DNA of 64,000 nt, taken from IMG/VR virus record IMGVR_UViG_3300047159_000046, one strand, 5' to 3'. The DNA comes from a virus (taxonomy: Duplodnaviria; Caudoviricetes). Shown here one piece after another: positions 62,524 through 64,000 of the stretch. Both the position numbers and the translations under genes were made by a program. Position 1 is the first letter of the stretch. Every line of letters begins with the position of its first letter. Below the pieces are notes generated by a model. That model was not told the origin of the DNA. It was given only the letters and a program-made list of their open reading frames with translations, and searched no databases.

Positions 62524-63042
62524 TTAAAATCCGCAAAGATACACTTCTTTCAAAACATAGGTCCCGTGATTGTCCAGCCATGACACCATATCAATATCCG
62601 TCATGATGTTGTCAAGGTCGTTGTCAAACACGAACAGCACGTTGCTGTCAACGGATCCAATCTCATACGGAAGCATGGTGTTGATATCACGGAACATGTC
62701 ATACGCACTCCCACCCAATACGGTCTTGTCCATCATGTTCTGTACGGCATAGCTCAATCCGTCATGCAGCACTCTCAGATAATGCTGGTAGGCTTTTATG
62801 CCGAATGACTTGTCAATGGTCAGCAGGTTATTGATTGGGCTGATATGTATCATTCCTCCCATACCGCTGTTGTCATCCAGATACAGCACCGCTTCGGTCT
62901 GCTCTTTCGCATCGTCAATCCTGTCGGCTCTGGCGATTGACATCATCAACCCTTTCCCCTCGTTCACTATTCTGTCCTCGTTGATGAGGCTCTCTTTGTC
63001 CCTGTTCTCTGCGGAAACAATATGATACAAATATGTGTTCAT
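62524..63042 (-). CDS. Hypothetical protein
   Basis: 172-aa ORF. Confidence 0.65.
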   Translation of the reverse strand: MNTYLYHIVSAENRDKESLINEDRIVNEGKGLMMSIARADRIDDAKEQTEAVLYLDDNSGMGGMIHISPINNLLTIDKSFGIKAYQHYLRVLHDGLSYAVQNMMDKTVLGGSAYDMFRDINTMLPYEIGSVDSNVLFVFDNDLDNIMTDIDMVSWLDNHGTYVLKEVYLCGF

Positions 63043-63141
63043 TTTATTAATTTTTTTTTATTTGTTATTTATATTTTAAAAAAATTATAAGCCAGCATTT
63101 GGTACACCGAATGTATATATGCGGAATATCCAATTTGTATG

Positions 63142-64000
63142 TCAAGCCTCATCAATACGTTTGACGTTGTGGCTTGTCATGAGTATATCGATGGCATCCA
63201 ATACTGCCCTTGTGGTTATATCCTCCGCTCTTAATACAATGGCGTTGGATGGATTTCCGTCAAGATAATTGATTAGCATCGTCTTGTCATCGCAGGCAAA
63301 TTCAAGACGGGCCTCATCCTTTTCAAGATTGTGCACTTTGAGGTAAATCTTGTGGGTATTGGCGGTGTCTATCACCTGTGACATGGTAAGCGGATACATT
63401 GCTGGCAAAAAGTAGGTCCACAGATACATGACAATTCCCTGCAATCCGACAATATCCTTGACTGCTGATTCTATGCTTGCTACGTCATAAGGAGCGCACA
63501 CCTCACATGTCTGCATCGCTACATTGTTGAAAGGGTTTCCGTCTGGTGTAACATACAGTCTGTTAATAGATATCTTTCGGTCTCCATTGTCCATATCGAA
63601 AAATATCTTGTCATACAGCAGTGATTTTTTGAATTTGAACTCGATGAATCCTTTTTCTGGCTCTGCAGTACTTAACTCCTTGACATCCTTTTTGTTCTCA
63701 CCCGTGACATCGTACACTTTTTCCATTATGGTATAGATAACGTCTATCCGACTTGGCGTGGTATATTCATATACCTTTTGAAGAGCCTCATCCAGAGTGC
63801 CATATTCATTGCTGACATATCCTCCGTTGCCGTAACCGAATTCTTTGTAGTTGCCGTAGCCGAAAACTTTGTATGTTGCCGAATTGTCCTTGTCGGAATA
63901 GTCTCTGTGCAGATTTATAAGTGCCATGCCGTTCCGTTGGGCTTCAATGGAATATCTGCTTGGTGTCCCGCTCTCCACCATGCTTGTGATGCTCCACTCT
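63142..64000 (-). CDS. Hypothetical protein (probably 5'-partial)
   Basis: Frame stays open to the window edge upstream of the ATG at 63981. Confidence 0.65.
   Translation of the reverse strand, partial: EWSITSMVESGTPSRYSIEAQRNGMALINLHRDYSDKDNSATYKVFGYGNYKEFGYGNGGYVSNEYGTLDEALQKVYEYTTPSRIDVIYTIMEKVYDVTGENKKDVKELSTAEPEKGFIEFKFKKSLLYDKIFFDMDNGDRKISINRLYVTPDGNPFNNVAMQTCEVCAPYDVASIESAVKDIVGLQGIVMYLWTYFLPAMYPLTMSQVIDTANTHKIYLKVHNLEKDEARLEFACDDKTMLINYLDGNPSNAIVLRAEDITTRAVLDAIDILMTSHNVKRIDEA

Noticed and set aside
1-64000. TAG-recoded (Lak-type) genetic code
   Set aside because: Long genes are intact under the standard code and TAG ends several genes (e.g. 26991, 44861, 54793).
1-64000. tRNA/rRNA genes, integrase, transposase
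   Set aside because: None recognised by eye; tRNAscan-SE or ARAGORN would be needed to exclude atypical tRNAs.

Overview
This is an AT-rich segment of a large dsDNA phage of a Bacteroidota host. Host-type TAnnTTTG (-7) and TTTG (-33) promoters occur throughout, and the standard genetic code fits. The left half (1-31 kb) has DNA-metabolism genes (SbcD/SbcC-like nuclease pair, thioredoxin, dUTPase, NrdG, ThyX), five paralogous EcoRI-family adenine methyltransferases, a holin, two SHAEG-repeat (YadA-head-like) fibre/adhesin proteins, and probable virion-internal proteins behind a TATTTAT motif. At about 31.0-31.7 kb there is a GC-rich ~44-bp tandem repeat, hairpins, a G-rich tract and two perfect parS palindromes; two more parS sites lie at 39.4 and 39.9 kb. 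The right half (31.7-64 kb) is a minus-strand array of mostly monocistronic promoter-gene-terminator cassettes, like an early/host-takeover region, built from shared intergenic modules. It holds six copies of a structured non-coding RNA with a Met-Asn-Thr-Thr-stop mini-ORF and covarying helices, pseudoknotted 5' leaders, a 7-copy gene-less promoter array, 12 copies of a polar TACT-N6-RGTA motif, a cargo-less T9SS-signal-like protein and two beta-clamp homologs. Several frameshifts fall in homopolymer runs and may be sequencing errors. All calls are by eye; no searches were run.
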